NCBI RefSeq assembly: GCF_006345805.1 | Contig: NC_043005.1 | Span: forward strand, 97,712,001-97,776,000 | Length of the DNA: 64,000 bases | Source: Octopus sinensis | Lineage: Eukaryota | Reading direction: 5' to 3' | Shown: positions 25,163 through 38,866 of the stretch, piece after piece | Layout: the number at the start of each line of letters is the position of its first letter | Position numbering within the stretch: position 1 is the stretch's first letter | Position numbers and translations under genes: made by a program | Notes under the pieces: generated by a model | Databases searched by the model: none | Told to the model about the DNA's origin: nothing | What the model saw: the letters and a program-made list of their open reading frames with translations, nothing else

Positions 25163-26072
25163 TCCGTTGGATGTGTAATGTCAGTGTTCATAGTCGACAG
25201 AGTGTAAGTACCTTGAGAGAAAAGTTGGACCTAAGAGGAATCAGATGTTGTGTGCAAGAGAGACGATTGTGCTGGTATGGTCATGTGGTGAGAATGGATG
25301 AAGATAGGTGTGTGAAAAAGTGCCACACCCTGGCAGTTGAGGGGACCTGTGGAAGAGGTAGACCCAGGAAAACCTGGGTCGAGGTGGTGAAGCACGACCT
25401 TCGAACTCTAGGTCTCACCAAGGAAATGACCAGAGACCGAGATCTATGGAAGTATGCTGTGCGTGAGAAGACCCGGCAAGACCAGTGAGAACAATCAAAA
25501 TCAAATCATATATCAGAAAGCAGGGGTTAAGTGACCCATCCGTTCGTGTCCGCTGTCAGCCCCGTCTGGCACCCGTGCCGGTGATACATAAAAGCACCAT
25601 TCGCTCATGGCCGTTTGCCAGCTCTGCCTGGCCCCGTGTCGGTGGCACGTAAAAGCACCATCCGTTCGTGTTCGTTGTCAGCCTCGCCTGGCCCCGTGCC
25701 GGTGACACGTAAAAGCACCGTCCGTTCGTGACCGTTTGCCAGCTCTGTCTGGCCCCGTGTCAGTGGCACGTAAAAGCACCGTCCGTCCGTGTCCGTTGCC
25801 AGCCTCGGCTGGCCCCCGTGCCGGTGACACGTAAAAGCACCGTCCGCTCGTGGCCGTTCGCCAGCTCTGTCTGGCACCTGTGCAGGTGGCACGTAAAAAA
25901 TACCCACTACACTCGCGGAGTGGTTGGCGTTAGGAAGGGCATCCAGCCGTAGAAACACTGCCAGATCTGACTGGGCCTGACGAAGCCTTCAAGCTTCACA
26001 GACCCCAGTTGACCCGTCCAACCCATGCTAGCATGGAAAGCGGACGCTAAACGATGATGATGATGATGATGA
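25159..26072 (+). mobile_element. RTE LINE 3' end: ORF C-terminus, 3' UTR minisatellite, (GAT)n tail
   Basis: MLRWMCNV...RRLCWYGHVVRM...GRGRPRKTW.EVV to stop at 25488; tail GGCGTTAGGAAGGGCATCCAG...(GAT)n. Confidence 0.9.
25539..25900 (+). repeat. GC-rich ~60-bp minisatellite, six units, alternating A/B
   Basis: Units end in ...GTAAAAGCACC; odd units CAGCCTCG..GGTGACAC, even units CAGCTCTG..GGTGGCAC. Confidence 0.9.
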
Positions 26073-26476
26073 TAAATAGATATGTGTATTTTTCCCTTGT
26101 TAACTTTTAACACAGAAAAAATAGATAAATAGTTACCAGGGTAGCAAAAAATCACACAAGTAAACTCCATTTATGTGTGTGTATGTATGCGTGTATGTGT
26201 GTGTGAGTGTGTGTGTGATTGCACATGTGCATGTGTGTGTGTGTGTATGAGTGTGTGAGTGTGTGTGCATGTATGAGTGTGTGAGTGTGTATGTATTTAT
26301 AGTATATTGAACATGTGCATGTGTGTATGTATGAGTGTGTGAGTGTGTATGTGTATATATGAATGTGTGAGTGTGTGTGTGTGTGTGTACGTGTGAGTGT
26401 GTGCATGTGTGTGTGTGTGTATGAGTGTGTGAGTGTGTGTGCATGTATGAGTGTGTGAGTGTGTATGTATTTATAG

Positions 26477-26504
<28 letters not shown>

Positions 26505-26508
<4 letters not shown>

Positions 26509-26640
26509 GTTTTTGGATTTGGTTTGCAAGATTCTTTATATGAGTTCTTGTGTCGAAGCATATTCTGTTGTGTCTGGGGAGAGTCATTTTCTTTTTCTGC
26601 CTTATTATGTAACACACTCACCGGTAAAATTTCCATTTAT
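26505..26640. repeat. (TA)n-flanked fragment of the 37670-37975 family, lacking the hammerhead
   Basis: Shares ATATTCTGTTGTGTCTGG...TAACACACTCACCGGTAAAATTTCCA. Confidence 0.8.
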
Positions 26641-26641
26641 A

Positions 26642-26676
<35 letters not shown>

Positions 26677-27114
26677 ACAGACTTCTTTCAGTTATCATCT
26701 ACTAAATGCAATTGTAGGAACTAAGGAATCAAGCTACAGAAATTAAACAAAATAGACTTTGGAACCTGGTGTAGCCCCTGACCTTGTTTGTCCCTGTTAA
26801 ATTGTCCAACCTATGCCAGCATGGAAAATGGATGTTAAATGTTGTTGATGATGATGATGATGATAAGATCCATTCACAAAGCTTTAATTAGCCTGAGCGT
26901 ATAGCAGAAGCCACTTGGCCAAGGTGTCACAGAGGGAAACTGAACCTGGAACCATGTGGTCGGGAAGTTAAGTTCTCAGCACATGGCCACAAGACAGCTG
27001 AATGTGATTTAAAGCAGATTTAGCTGCTATTTCTTGTAAATAGTGTGACTAAGTAGCCACTCACCTCATTAGCATATATGCAAAAGGTCTGAAAATGACA
27101 GCATCATTATGTAT

Positions 27115-27995
27115 GGATATGTATGTGTGTGAGTGTGTGCATGTGTGTATGTGTGTGTGTGATTGCACACGTGCATGTGTGTGTGTATGAGTGTGTGAGT
27201 GTGTGAGTGTGTGTGTATGTATGAGTGTGTGAGTGTGCATGTATGTATATGTGTGTGTGAGTGTGTGCATGTGTGTGTGTGTGTGATTGCACATGTGCAT
27301 GTGTGTGTGTATGAGCGCGTGAGTGTGTGTGTGTATGTATGAGTGTATGAGTGTGTATGTGTGTATATGAGTGTGTGAGTGTGTGTGTATGTATGCGTGT
27401 ATGTATGTATGTGTGTGTGAGTGTGCATGCGTGTATGTGTGTGTGATTGCACATGTGCATCTGTGTGTGTATGAGTGTGTGTATGTATGAGTGTGTGAGT
27501 GTGTATGTGTATATATGAATGTGTGAGTGTGTGTGTGTGTATGTGTGTGTATATGTGTGAGTGTGTACATGTGTGTGTGTGTGATTGCACATGTGCATGT
27601 GTGTCTGTGTGTATGAGTGTGTGAGTGTGTGTGCATGTATGAGTGTGTGAGTGTGTATGTGTGTATATGACTGTGTGTATGTGTGTGAGTGTGTGCGTGT
27701 GTGTGAGCGTGCATGTGCATATGTGTGTGTGATTGCACATGTGCATGCGTGTGTGTATGTATGAGTGTGTGAGTGTGTGTGCATGTATGAGTGTGTGAGT
27801 GTGTATGTGTGTATATGAGTGTGTGAGTGTGTGTGTATGTGTGTGAGTGTGTGTGTGTGAGCGTGCATGTGCATATGTGTGTGTGATTGCACATGTGCAT
27901 GTGTGTGTGCATGTATGAGTGTGTGAGTGTGTGTATGAGTGTGTGTATGTGTGTGTGTGTGGTGTGTGTGTGTGTGTGCGTGTGCGTGCGTGTAC
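27115..27995 (+). repeat. Complex (TG)-derived satellite with ~120-160-bp higher-order unit
   Basis: Landmark GATTGCACATGTGCAT recurs about six times; related block at 26170-26470. Confidence 0.8.
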
Positions 27996-28407
27996 ACCTT
28001 GATCCAGTGCAGTGAGATGCTGTGTTCTCAAGTTTGACTTCCCCAATCTTTCATGTGTCCTTCCTTTAACTGTAATTAACTAATGATGCATGTTCAGCCA
28101 GCATGCACGTGTTATTAATTAGCATTACCTGTCCAAACGAACACAATACTATCAAGCAATCGCATCCCATCCCATCCCATCCATCTTGTTCTCATTTATT
28201 CTTAAAATAATATTGGCCTCACCACAACCACCATCACCATTGCCCTCATCATTGTCATCATTACCACCATGACCATGACCATGGGCACCATGACCATAAT
28301 GATAACGACCACCACCACCACCATCATCACCATCATCACCATCACCATCATCACCATCACCATCATCATCATCACCATCACCATCATCATCATCATCATC
28401 ATCATCG

Positions 28408-28441
<34 letters not shown>

Positions 28442-29064
28442 CATCATCAGTACCACAAGCTTCATCATCATCATCATCACCAACACAATTACCATATCTC
28501 CACCCCTCATCATTGATACCAAACATCAGCAGGAGAGCGCTATCATTGTCAACATCATCTCCATCGTGATCACCCATCTCTGTAATTGTCATCACCAATA
28601 TCTCTGTCATCATGACCTTCACCTACTGTAACCACCACCACCACCACCACCACCACCACCACCACCATCATCATCATCATCTACTATGTGTGTAAAACAA
28701 GCATTCTTCCCCTAATCTTGATTATCTAAATTACTACACGAGAATTTACAATGGGATTTTATGATTGGCTGCTCTTTCTATCATCAATAATAATTACTTT
28801 ATTCCAAACCTGGTAAAAAGCAGGACCACAAATCTGCAGGAGAGAGAGAGACATATGAATCTGGAGAATCAGCCCTTTACCTGCAAACCATCTTATCAAC
28901 TCCAGTAGGGGGTGGGAGACGAAGACAACCTTAAGGTTAATTCCATCTTTCATCATTTGCACAGAATTCCTCTGGCTCAAGTAATTTTATATTTATGATG
29001 GTGATGATGATGATTATGATGATAACAGTAATAATAAGAATAATGATAATCATAATAATAATAA

Positions 29065-29886
29065 TGTCATGTACTGTTTATCTTGATGTGAGGTCACCAT
29101 GTCACGCACATACGGTTGTGATGCATGTGCCTGGTTTAGTGATGGGTAGTCATGATGGGTATACTGGGCTTTGTATATTTTACCCCAGTATCCCTTTGAC
29201 AGTATGCATTGCTCTCTCACTCAATAATAATAATAGTAATGATAATAATAATAATAATAATAATAAGGCACACAGAGCTGCGCTCGGTAGTGAAGTGAAA
29301 GCACGATATAAAAATATACTACTGAATAATAATAACAATAATAATAAATGTCCTGATGCAGTGGCTCTCATGGCTTCTGATCTTAACTGATTGCAAGTGT
29401 TATCATGTACATTGTTTTGTCTTGGTATAAAAGATGGGTTACAGCAAATATTCTGCTCAATACCACAGATTTGCTTGTCAGTTGTTTGACCTTAACCAGT
29501 TAAGCATGTCCCTCAGCGGCTGACGATATGTGCATCTCTGATCACGAGCAGAAGTAGTGGGGGAGCATCATAGCCATGTGTTGAGAGGGATTCTTTGGGG
29601 TTTGGTTAATTCACCTTTGGAGATATGGGTGTTTCGTTCAACATCCTTAATCCTTATTCAAGGACCTTTTGAGTGGGATGGGGTACTCGACCTGAAGAAA
29701 ATTCTAACTGGACCCCACCTACAAGGTCATGTGCTGTTTATCTTGATATGAAATCATGTCGCGCACATATGGTTGTGATGCATGTGCCTGGTGTGCCCTT
29801 ATCAGACGGGTAGTCATGATGGGTATACTGGGCTTTGTATATTTTACCCCGGTGTCACTTTGATGGCATGCACTGCTCTCTCACTC

Positions 29887-29921
<35 letters not shown>

Positions 29922-30090
29922 GCAGAATAATAATAATAATAATAATGATAATAATAATCATTATTATTATTCAGTAGTTTTATTTTTATAGTGTGCTTTC
30001 ACTTCACTACCGAGCGCAGCTCTGTGTGCCTTGGTTTGTTGTGATGCTCTGATGGTTACTGTATTGAAAGTGTTCTGCAGATATAGTTGT
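29065..30090. repeat. Cluster of (AAT)n-bounded repeats, partly Dong 3' UTR pieces
   Basis: 29065-29225 duplicates 29728-29888; 29265-29325 (+) and 29970-30085 (-) match the Dong 3' UTR at 30390-30490. Confidence 0.65.
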
Positions 30091-30094
30091 CAGA

Positions 30095-30490
30095 GATCAT
30101 GAAGAAAAAAAATGCTTTCTAATTGATGTATCAATACCGGCAGATGACAATGTGTCTCTAAAAGAAATGGAGAAACTTTCAAAATACAAAGACCTGGAAA
30201 TAGAGGTAACCAGAATGTGGAATCTAAAAACAGAAACAATTCCTATCATAGTAGGTGCACTAGGCATGATAAAAAAATATTCAGACAAATACATAACAAA
30301 AACACCAGGACTTACAAACACATATAACATACAGAAAATTGCACTACTAGGCACTGCACACATCCTACGCAGAACACTTTCCATACAATAACCATCAGAG
30401 CATCACAACAAATCACAGCACATACCTAAGGCACACAGAGCTGCGCTCGGTAGTGAAGTGAAAGCACGCTATAAAAATAAAACTACTGAC
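30095..30490 (+). mobile_element. R4/Dong-like LINE 3' fragment
   Basis: LIDVSIPADDNVSLKEMEKLSKYKDLEIEVTRMWNLKTETIPIIVGALG...IQKIALLGTAHILRRTL; (AAT)n tail. Confidence 0.9.
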
Positions 30491-30564
<74 letters not shown>

Positions 30565-30611
30565 TTAATGATAATAATAATGGCAGAATCATTAGCATGC
30601 CAGGCAAAATA

Positions 30612-30900
30612 CTTAGGTCTATTTTTGCCTTTTCATCACAGACTGCAACTTTTTGGTATCTTCATATTTCAGAACTAACTTTAACATTCGTTTGCTTGTT
30701 GCAATGTGGGAAGAATGTTCCATGGTCAGAGTTTTCAATGAGAGTCAAGATTGCATTAACCTCTGCCTTCTTTTCTTGGAAGGTGTATTCGGCCTATGCC
30801 TTCTTTTCAATGATGCATATGAGGCATTGTCATCAGTTTTTGGATTTTGACATCAACTTTGTTGATCACAGAGATGGACCAGTTAATAAAAGTGAAACTG
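30612..30900 (-). mobile_element. R4/Dong-like internal fragment
   Basis: INWSISVINKVDVKIQKLMTMPHMHH*K..IGRIHLPRKEGRG, homologous to ~53185-53450. Confidence 0.7.
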
Positions 30901-31711
30901 TCTGCAATTACAGGCATAGCTAATGTGTTTATGGCCCCTAAACAAGGGATGCTTTCTGATAATTTTCATTCTATCAGTGTTATTACCCACTTCTTGTAAA
31001 AAAAAAAATGTTTCTACTCTAATGATTGTTTCCTCCTCACTCCTTCACCACCAGCACCACCACCAGTACCACCACTGCCACCACCACTGCCACCACCACC
31101 AATGCCACCAGCACCAGCAGCACCAGCAGCAGCAGCAGCACCACCACCACCAGCCACCACCACCACCACCACCAGCACCACCAGCACCACCAGCACCACC
31201 ATAACCACCAGCACCACCAACACCACCAACACCACCACCACCACCACCACCACCACTAGCACCCCTCCCCCACCATCTTCTACTTTTTCTTCTCCATCCT
31301 CCTCCTCCACTTCTACCTCTGCTCTGCCTCCTCTCCCATCTCTCCCTCCCCTCCCCCCTCCTTCACTCTAAACCAAATTTATTGTTAACCCTTTTTCTGT
31401 GGAAATCAGATACACCCCCTCAGAGTTTCGTTGTCTCCTTAACAGCAGAAAGCAGTTTCATATACCAATCTTTCTTTTGTTGAGGAATGTCATGTTCAAT
31501 ACTATTTTTTGCCAAGAAATATCAAATTTATTATGAGGCAATGTGACTTGCAGAAATTACCAATTCTAATTAGAATAACTACGAAGTTTAATTTTGCAGT
31601 CAAATAGTTAAAAAGTAATTGTTCGTTTCATCTGTGATTACAACATTGGCAATGATATGGTACCGATATCAGTTTTTTGGAAGTACAAGTAGGAATGTTT
31701 ATTAGGGAGGG

Positions 31712-32325
31712 GCAACAGCTGACAGAATTGTCAGCAGATGGGTGAAATGCTTAGTGGTATTTTGTCTGCTGCTACATTCTGAGTTCAAATTCCGCCGAGG
31801 TCGACTTTGCCTTTCATCCTTTCAGGGTCGATTAAATAAGTACCAGTTACGCACTGGGGTCGATATAATCGACTTAATCCGTTTGTCTGTCCTTGTTTGT
31901 CCTCTCTTTGTTTAGCCCCTTTTGGGTAGTAAAGAAATAGGTATTTTGTCTGCTGTTATGTTCTGAGTTCAAATTCTGCCGAGGTCGACTTTGCCTTTCA
32001 TCCTTTCGGGGTCGATTAAATAAGTACCAGTTACGCACTGGGGTCAATGTAATTGACTTAATCCCCTTGTCTGTCCTTGTTTGTCCCCTCTATGTTTAGC
32101 CCCTTGTGGGCAATAAAGACATAAAAATTGTCAGTAGATCATACAAAATGTTTAGTGATATTTCTTCTGACTTTACGTTTTGAATTCAAATGCCACTGCG
32201 ATCAACTTAGCCAGCCATCCTTTTGGAGTTGATGAAATAAAATACCAGTCATATCATGCAGTTGACGTAATTGACTTACCCCTCTCCCCTAAAATAGCTG
32301 CCCTTGTGCCAAAATTTCAAACCAT
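31712..32325 (+). mobile_element. Three tandem MetaSINE units
   Basis: Meta domain at ~31800, ~31985 and (degenerate) ~32205. Confidence 0.8.
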
Positions 32326-32871
32326 TTGTTAGAAATGGGCTGAACAGAAGGATAATAGAATCAATCACTTCTGTTCCTGATGAAATATGGTATAAAAATT
32401 ACAAAAATTACAAAAGAGAAAAACAAAATGAAAAATAAACAAAACAAAAAAAAATTTCCAAAATTCCATGCCATTTATCTTCCAGAGAAGGTGAAGGAAT
32501 AACACAGAATAAAGAAGCTAAAACAAAGAATCTAGTTACTGGGAAGGAAAAGATGCTGCTGTGTTTTCCACCACCACCACCACTTTCACCACCGCCGCCG
32601 CCGCCGACACCACCACCACCACCTCCCTATTTTCACTTTCCTTTGAGCTCCACCAAAACTTGCTCAGAGCTTAGCCAAAAACTTCCTTTTTGACTTGATT
32701 ACTGATCTGTCATGCTACACCTCACCTCATCCAGCACTCCAACTCCCACCTCTTTATTCTATCGACTGACCCTACCTCTGTAGCCTTAATACATAAAGCC
32801 AACAGTATCTTAACTGACACCCATTATCTTCATAATGATTTATGATAGCATCTGAAAAATCTCACTTGAGA

Positions 32872-32918
<47 letters not shown>

Positions 32919-33241
32919 GAGAGAGAGAGAAAAAGAGAAAAAGAATGTATATGTAATTGTGTTCAATGTTTTGCAAAATGTAAATGTTGGAATGTCTGGA
33001 TGAAGCAAATAAATTACAATGGCCAAGAATATTCTGGCCACAAGAAAGATGAACTTGAAGTTTCTCTATTTTCATTGTCCCTCCAAAATCAATCCCATTC
33101 TGATTCACTAAAAGGAAAACCAATCCTTCCCTGTGTGATTGAATGACTGGGAGAAATAATTACCCAGGGTACTATCTGCATAAGAAATGCACAGTTAAGT
33201 GGAAGCTGGCATAATTAATGTAATCATCATCATCATCATCC

Positions 33242-33287
<46 letters not shown>

Positions 33288-33431
33288 TTAAAATCTATTT
33301 TCCTTGCTGGCATGGGTTGAACGGTTTGACAGGGGCTTGCTAGGCAGCAGACTGCATCAGGCTTCACTGACTGTTTCCGCATGGATTTTATGGCAGGATG
33401 TCCTTCCTAACACCAACCACTTTATACAGTA

Positions 33432-33570
33432 GACAGCCTTACATTCAATACTGATGCAGAATTGAGAACTTGGTTGAAATCAGGTGATTTCTACCAATGA
33501 GGTATTGAAAATCTTGTTGAACGTTGGGAAGAAGTTGTAAACAACAAGGGTGAATACGTTATTGATTAAG
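33432..33570 (+). mobile_element. Mariner transposase C-terminal fragment
   Basis: FNTDAELRTWL..DFY..GIENLVERWEEVVNNKGEYVID*. Confidence 0.75.
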
Positions 33571-36099
33571 TGAGGCAAGAGAGGCAACTTCATAATCAAA
33601 ATTAATGAAAAACTGGAAGGGCTCGTGGGAAAGAGTGAGTCTGATCTTTGACAGACATGTTTTAGCATTATTAAACCTCCTCAGCCGAAAGGAAATGCTT
33701 TTACAGTTTTTACTTATCAGATTATAGAAACCTGAGAGACACAATGACTTAAAATGACTGAATATTGATAAGCAAAGATGTTACATGAATTACTGATTAA
33801 GATAAGATTTATGGAATAATCTCTTCATTAAAGATATATGAGCAAAGAAAATATTTCTTATGGTTAGAACTGTATGTCATTTGATTAAATATTATGCATG
33901 AATCATCCCATTGTGGTATTTTGGGTAGACCCAGCAGTTCTTTGATCAAAGTCATTCAAACCATGATGAAAGAAACTCAAAAAGCATTCGAGCCAAACCG
34001 ACTTATGACCAAAGGCATTCAAATGAAACAGACCAATGATCAAAGACATCAAAGCCACACAAACCTATGGTACTGAAACTGTGGCAATGTCATTTTTATT
34101 TCCCATACTATGGATTTCACAATCCAAGTTGTCTTTCCTCTTCTTAAGACAGTGGGGATTATATTAAGTGATTATATTATATCACTGAGGTGTGGGGGGC
34201 GGTGTGCATTGATGTCTTCAAGAGGTAGGCCCCGAAACGGCATGCATTCTCTCCTGATGACCCCATGCACTTGCTGGCTTCCGGTATGCAGAGTTTTTGA
34301 CTGGTAGCACTTGCATGTGCAAGTTGTTTGCAAGACAGTAATTTTCAGCCATTTTTAATCCAAGCACCCTAAATAGAGTGTTGATTGGGCTACAATGGCC
34401 ATAACACATTATCAGTAGTTTACAAATTGTATTTAAAAAAGTGAATATTAAAACTGTTTTAATTTTGAAACAAGTATGTATTTTACACTTTGTTTCAAAG
34501 GAATATGCATACACTAGTATGGTGTATTAAAAACGTTCAAATTTTCAAGATATCCTGGTATTTTCCAACTTACCTGAAAAACACATGGCACACACCTGGG
34601 CACCTAATGTAGCACACAATTGCTCGGCATTACAATGACTGATAATATTTGTTTAGATAGTTGCATAACCTCTTAGTGGTTCATTCTTTGGCTGGTGGTT
34701 GTAGGACTTTGTGTGTTTCTGAGTTTCAAAAATGGGATTCAATCTACAAATTAATTACCAGCAGGTGATCTATGATTGAAAGGTCAAAGAGCAAGCCAAA
34801 GACAGAGTATCATATCCCAGCTTCGCCTTACTGGCACTTGTGCCCCGTGTTAAGTAGGGTGCTAGAGCATCATCTGAGTGTGATTGTTGCCAGAACAGCT
34901 AAGTGGCTTCCATGTCGGTGGCATGTAGAAGGCACCATGGGATCATTACCAGCATCGCCTTACTGGCACCTGTGCCATTGGCATGTGTAAGAAAAAAAAA
35001 AAATTCGAGCGAGGTCGTTGCAGTACCACCCGACTGGACCCTGTGCTGGTGACATGTAAAAGCACCCACTACACTCTCGGAGTGGTTGGCGTTAGGAAGG
35101 GCATCCAGCTGTAGAAACTCTGCCAGATCAAGACTGGAGCCTGGTGCAGCCATCTGGTTCGCCAGCCTACAGTCAAACTGTCCAACCCATGCTAGCATGG
35201 AAAGCAGATGTTAAATGATGATGATGATGAAATAAAAGACAGAGCATGTCACAACAGTATTAAAGTGGACACATACTACAAGTAAAGAAGTTGTCTTCTC
35301 ATAGTCATCTCTTCTATGAACTATATTTCCTAATGAAATACATGTTGTGCTTCAATTAATTTTGAATATAATCAAGAATTTGCAGGGAATTAGTCAAACA
35401 ACTAGCTTTTTCATTATTAAAGCTAATGTTTGGAACATAACAAAAAGGTTCTGAGATAAAAATTATGATGGATGGGTTTAATTTAAATATCAATACTTTT
35501 AAACAGGCAGCAGCTTTGTATTGTAGAACCCAAAGTAGTTTCATGCATATTAGCATCAAAAGGGTTAAACATTTCATCATGAACATTAATATTTCAACTT
35601 CATACAATCAGTTTGTGAATGTTCATTCGTTACAGAATTCTTCTTCAATAAGTGACTTTTTAAAAATCTGACAAAAGATGTAAAAACCATTAATATCACT
35701 TATACTTCTTTTGCATGGTAGAGTAGCTGGTAAAATATTTTATTCCAGTTTTATACATTATCTTTAACATACAGAATTACAAAAACAGAAAAACTTTTTT
35801 TAAACATTAAATGAATGAATATGCTCCTGTTAATATGTTTTTAATATTTATTTTATATTTATAACATAATGAAGAAAACTAATTGACTGACTGGCAGATA
35901 TTTCGTAAAAAGTGCATCACATTACAAATTTACAGATGTGAGGTTTCCTCTCATTGCGTCTGCTGTTACAACAATGGCTTCTGCTTTTTTTTGTTAACTA
36001 AATCGTTTTATAACCTCTCTACACAGGTCCACACACTATGGCAATAACTACTGCTTTACTGAACAAGCTATATATATATTCTCTCTACTTAGATCCATA

Positions 36100-36402
36100 A
36101 AAGGGTAAGGAGTAAAGACCTCCTTCAGTAATTAATAACCATGGGATTGCACCTAGAAATTTCCCCTCTAAAGCACAAGTCTGGTCAAGGTTGTTTATGG
36201 AAGACCAGCAGTCCCCCATGCATACCGGCCTGCCTTCTCCATGCCACCAGTGTTATCCAAGGGAAAAGCAAAGGCCGATACAGCTTGGCATTAATGATGT
36301 CGCAACTCATTTCTACAGCTGAATGATCTGGAGCAATGTGAAATAAAGTGTCTTGCTCAAGAGCACAACACACAGCCTGGTTCAAGAATTGAACTCACCA
36401 CC
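36100..36402 (-). mobile_element. tRNA-derived CORE-like SINE (CTTGAGCAAGACACTT family)
   Basis: Homologous to 63060-63392 (-); head shared with 39455-39740 and 63495-63810. Confidence 0.7.
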
Positions 36403-36585
36403 TCACTATCATCTAAATTAGCTAGCTACATAACATCTTCATTCAGGTCCAACTGACTCACTTGTCTCCTCATTTTGTCTCACCTCCACCACCCTACATT
36501 AGACATTTTTATCAGTCTTTCCTCATCACAACTGATTTCTTCTGGAATTCTTTCCTTGCACACACTTTTCCTATAAACGTAAACA

Positions 36586-36980
36586 TAGGCGCAGGTGTGG
36601 TTGTGTGGTAAGAAGCTTGCTTCCCAACCACATGGTTCTGGATTCAGTCCCACTGCATGGCACCTTGGGTAATTATCTTCTACTATAGCCTAGGATTGAC
36701 CAAAGCCTTGTGAGAGGATTTGGTATATGGAAACTGAAAGAAGCCTGTCATATGTATATATGTGTTTGTGTGTGTGTTTGTTCCCCATCATTGCTTGACA
36801 ACCTGTGCTAGTGTTTACATACCCGTAACTTAGCATTTCAGCAAAAGAAACTGATAGAATAGGTACTAGGCTTTAAAAAAAATAAGTCCTGTGGTTGAAT
36901 TGTTTGACTAAAATCCTTCGAAGTGGTGCTCCAGCATGGCTGCAGTCAAATGATCAAAACCAGTAAAAGAATAAAAGAAT
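36586..36980 (+). mobile_element. CORE-type SINE, full length
   Basis: tRNA-like head, CCTTGGG core, internal (TG)n, conserved tail. Confidence 0.85.
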
Positions 36981-37669
36981 ACTGAATATCAACTCCATAA
37001 ATTTCACTAGTTCGACAGTGTGACCTGCAAAGGTCATGGTGACTCCCTCATTTCCTTTGACTAACTTATAAAAAACATAGCCTCATGGATGAGCTATTGA
37101 AATACTGGTTCATAAAACCATGAGTTGCTATTTACCATTATCATGAATGCCTTTATGTAGAAGTCTTGAAAGCAGCTGTCATTGTGGAGAAATAGACTTT
37201 AAGGAATTCTTCTAACTGCAAAAAAAGCCTTTGATAAAACTCTTCAAACAGAGAAGAAATGGATTTAATATATAAAAAATGCAAAATAAAAAGAAGAAAC
37301 ACCCACAGAAAAACACTTACAAGAAACTGGAATGGGTTAGTTTATGAGAAAAGTACTTTGTTGCTCACACTCGTTGGTTATGTTGCAAATATGCAGATTA
37401 TTCTAGCAGGAAACATTTTCAAAGGATTTCTGAGAAAAATGCATATGTCAGCATCTTAAGTTTTCCAAAATAAATGTACCAGTCATCATCAGACATGAAA
37501 TATAACAGTGCCAAGCAATGGCACGGCATATTTCTATGTAAAACCACTTTCCAGAATATTACAGAATTCGTTTCCAACAAATCTAAGTTGTATGATTACT
37601 TATGATATTTTCATCATCTTTTCAAAATCAAGCCAAAGAAAAATGAAAGAAAAAAAGAAAAATACTAAT

Positions 37670-37975
37670 CAATATTCTGTTGTGTCTGGAGAGAGTAATT
37701 TTGTTTTTGTGCCTTAAAATGTAACACACTCACCGGTAAAATTTCCACTTATTTCTTATTTTTACTTTCCTAAAATTTTCGTTGCATCTTGCAACCTTTT
37801 CAATAGTCTTGAATATTGAAAAATAAGAAATAAGTGGAAATTTTACTGGTGAGTGTGTTACATTATAAGGCACATAAAAAAAAAATGACTCTCCCCTCAC
37901 ACATCAGAATATGCTTCAACACACAAACTCATATAAAGAATCTTGCAAATCAAATACAAAAACGAAACTAATCTA
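37670..37975. mobile_element. Fold-back element carrying a U3-A8 hammerhead
   Basis: Arms 37672-37762 and 37819-37913 are inverted; axis ~37810. Confidence 0.75.
37770..37806 (-). ncRNA. Minimal hammerhead, U3-A8 covariant core
   Basis: cta-TTGAAAA-g-gttgc-aagat-gcaac-GAAA-att-T-tag. Confidence 0.6.
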
Positions 37976-38005
37976 TATATTTTGGCTGCAAAAGGAAGGA
38001 CAGTT

Positions 38006-38043
<38 letters not shown>

Positions 38044-38866
38044 TAAATGAGAAGAAGAAACAGTAAATATGGAACAAGAAAATATATTGAAGAGTATATT
38101 GGCAAGGTCATTAATGTTGCAAGAGAGAGTGAGAAAGCTTTCAGCCCTTTTGTTAGGTTCCTATAATATTGAGAAGTGCGTCAAACAAAGTGTAATGGCA
38201 TATGCTTAGATCTTCAGATGATCGAGTGATAGATAATTGCAAAGCATACTGGATAATTAGCTGAAGGGAACACACTTTAGAGTGTCTACACATTACTGAT
38301 GAAGTAACCCTCTGCAAGGCTTATGCTTTACCCTTCAATGACTCTGTTCCTAATAGCTGCAAATAAGTGCAATGATAAGGTACAAATCATTGATGTGATT
38401 ATTATGCTGCAGATCATCCTTGATTGTATAGACCAGTAATCAAAGCTGTTCCATCCTTGATCATCCATGATTGTTTCACTTTTTTTTTCTTAGATTTGAT
38501 ATATCTAGAAAATACATTATCCAATATGTCTTTCATTTTTCAAGATGATAGAACATGATTTAGAAGAGTTTAGCTACTATTTCTAGCAGATCGAGCAACA
38601 TCTCTGAACCATTTTTTGCTGATGGGTCCCTTTGATTCATATTATACTCAACTGGACCTCCATAACCATTCATTGCATATAAAAAAATTCTACTGTGTTT
38701 TTTATTATTAAATATTATTAGGAATTGTATGACAAAATGAACCCTCTTATCTGAACCCACAAGGAGTCAAATGGACCCTGGTTGAGGACCACTGATCTAG
38801 GGACTCCCTAGTTAGTCTGTCAATTGATTTATTAGGTTGTAGTCTTTTTATTAGGTTTATTTATTA

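Noticed and set aside
25539-25900. CRISPR-like array
   Set aside because: Units are similar along their full length with no unique spacers; eukaryotic LINE 3' UTR context; no cas genes.
27061-28046. Long His/Thr-rich ORFs (283-325 aa)
   Set aside because: Translations of (CA)n-derived satellite. The same applies to the low-complexity ORFs at 28.2-28.6, 31.0-31.4, 43.9-44.6 and 61.8-62.5 kb.
28740-28980. Possible small exons on the minus strand (splice-like signals)
   Set aside because: No recognisable protein and no consistent exon chain.
34185-34275. GC-rich patch with GCCCC-GAAA and a downstream CTGATGA
   Set aside because: The flanks needed for stem II (cccc and cccc) do not pair in a type-II arrangement and the type-I core is broken.
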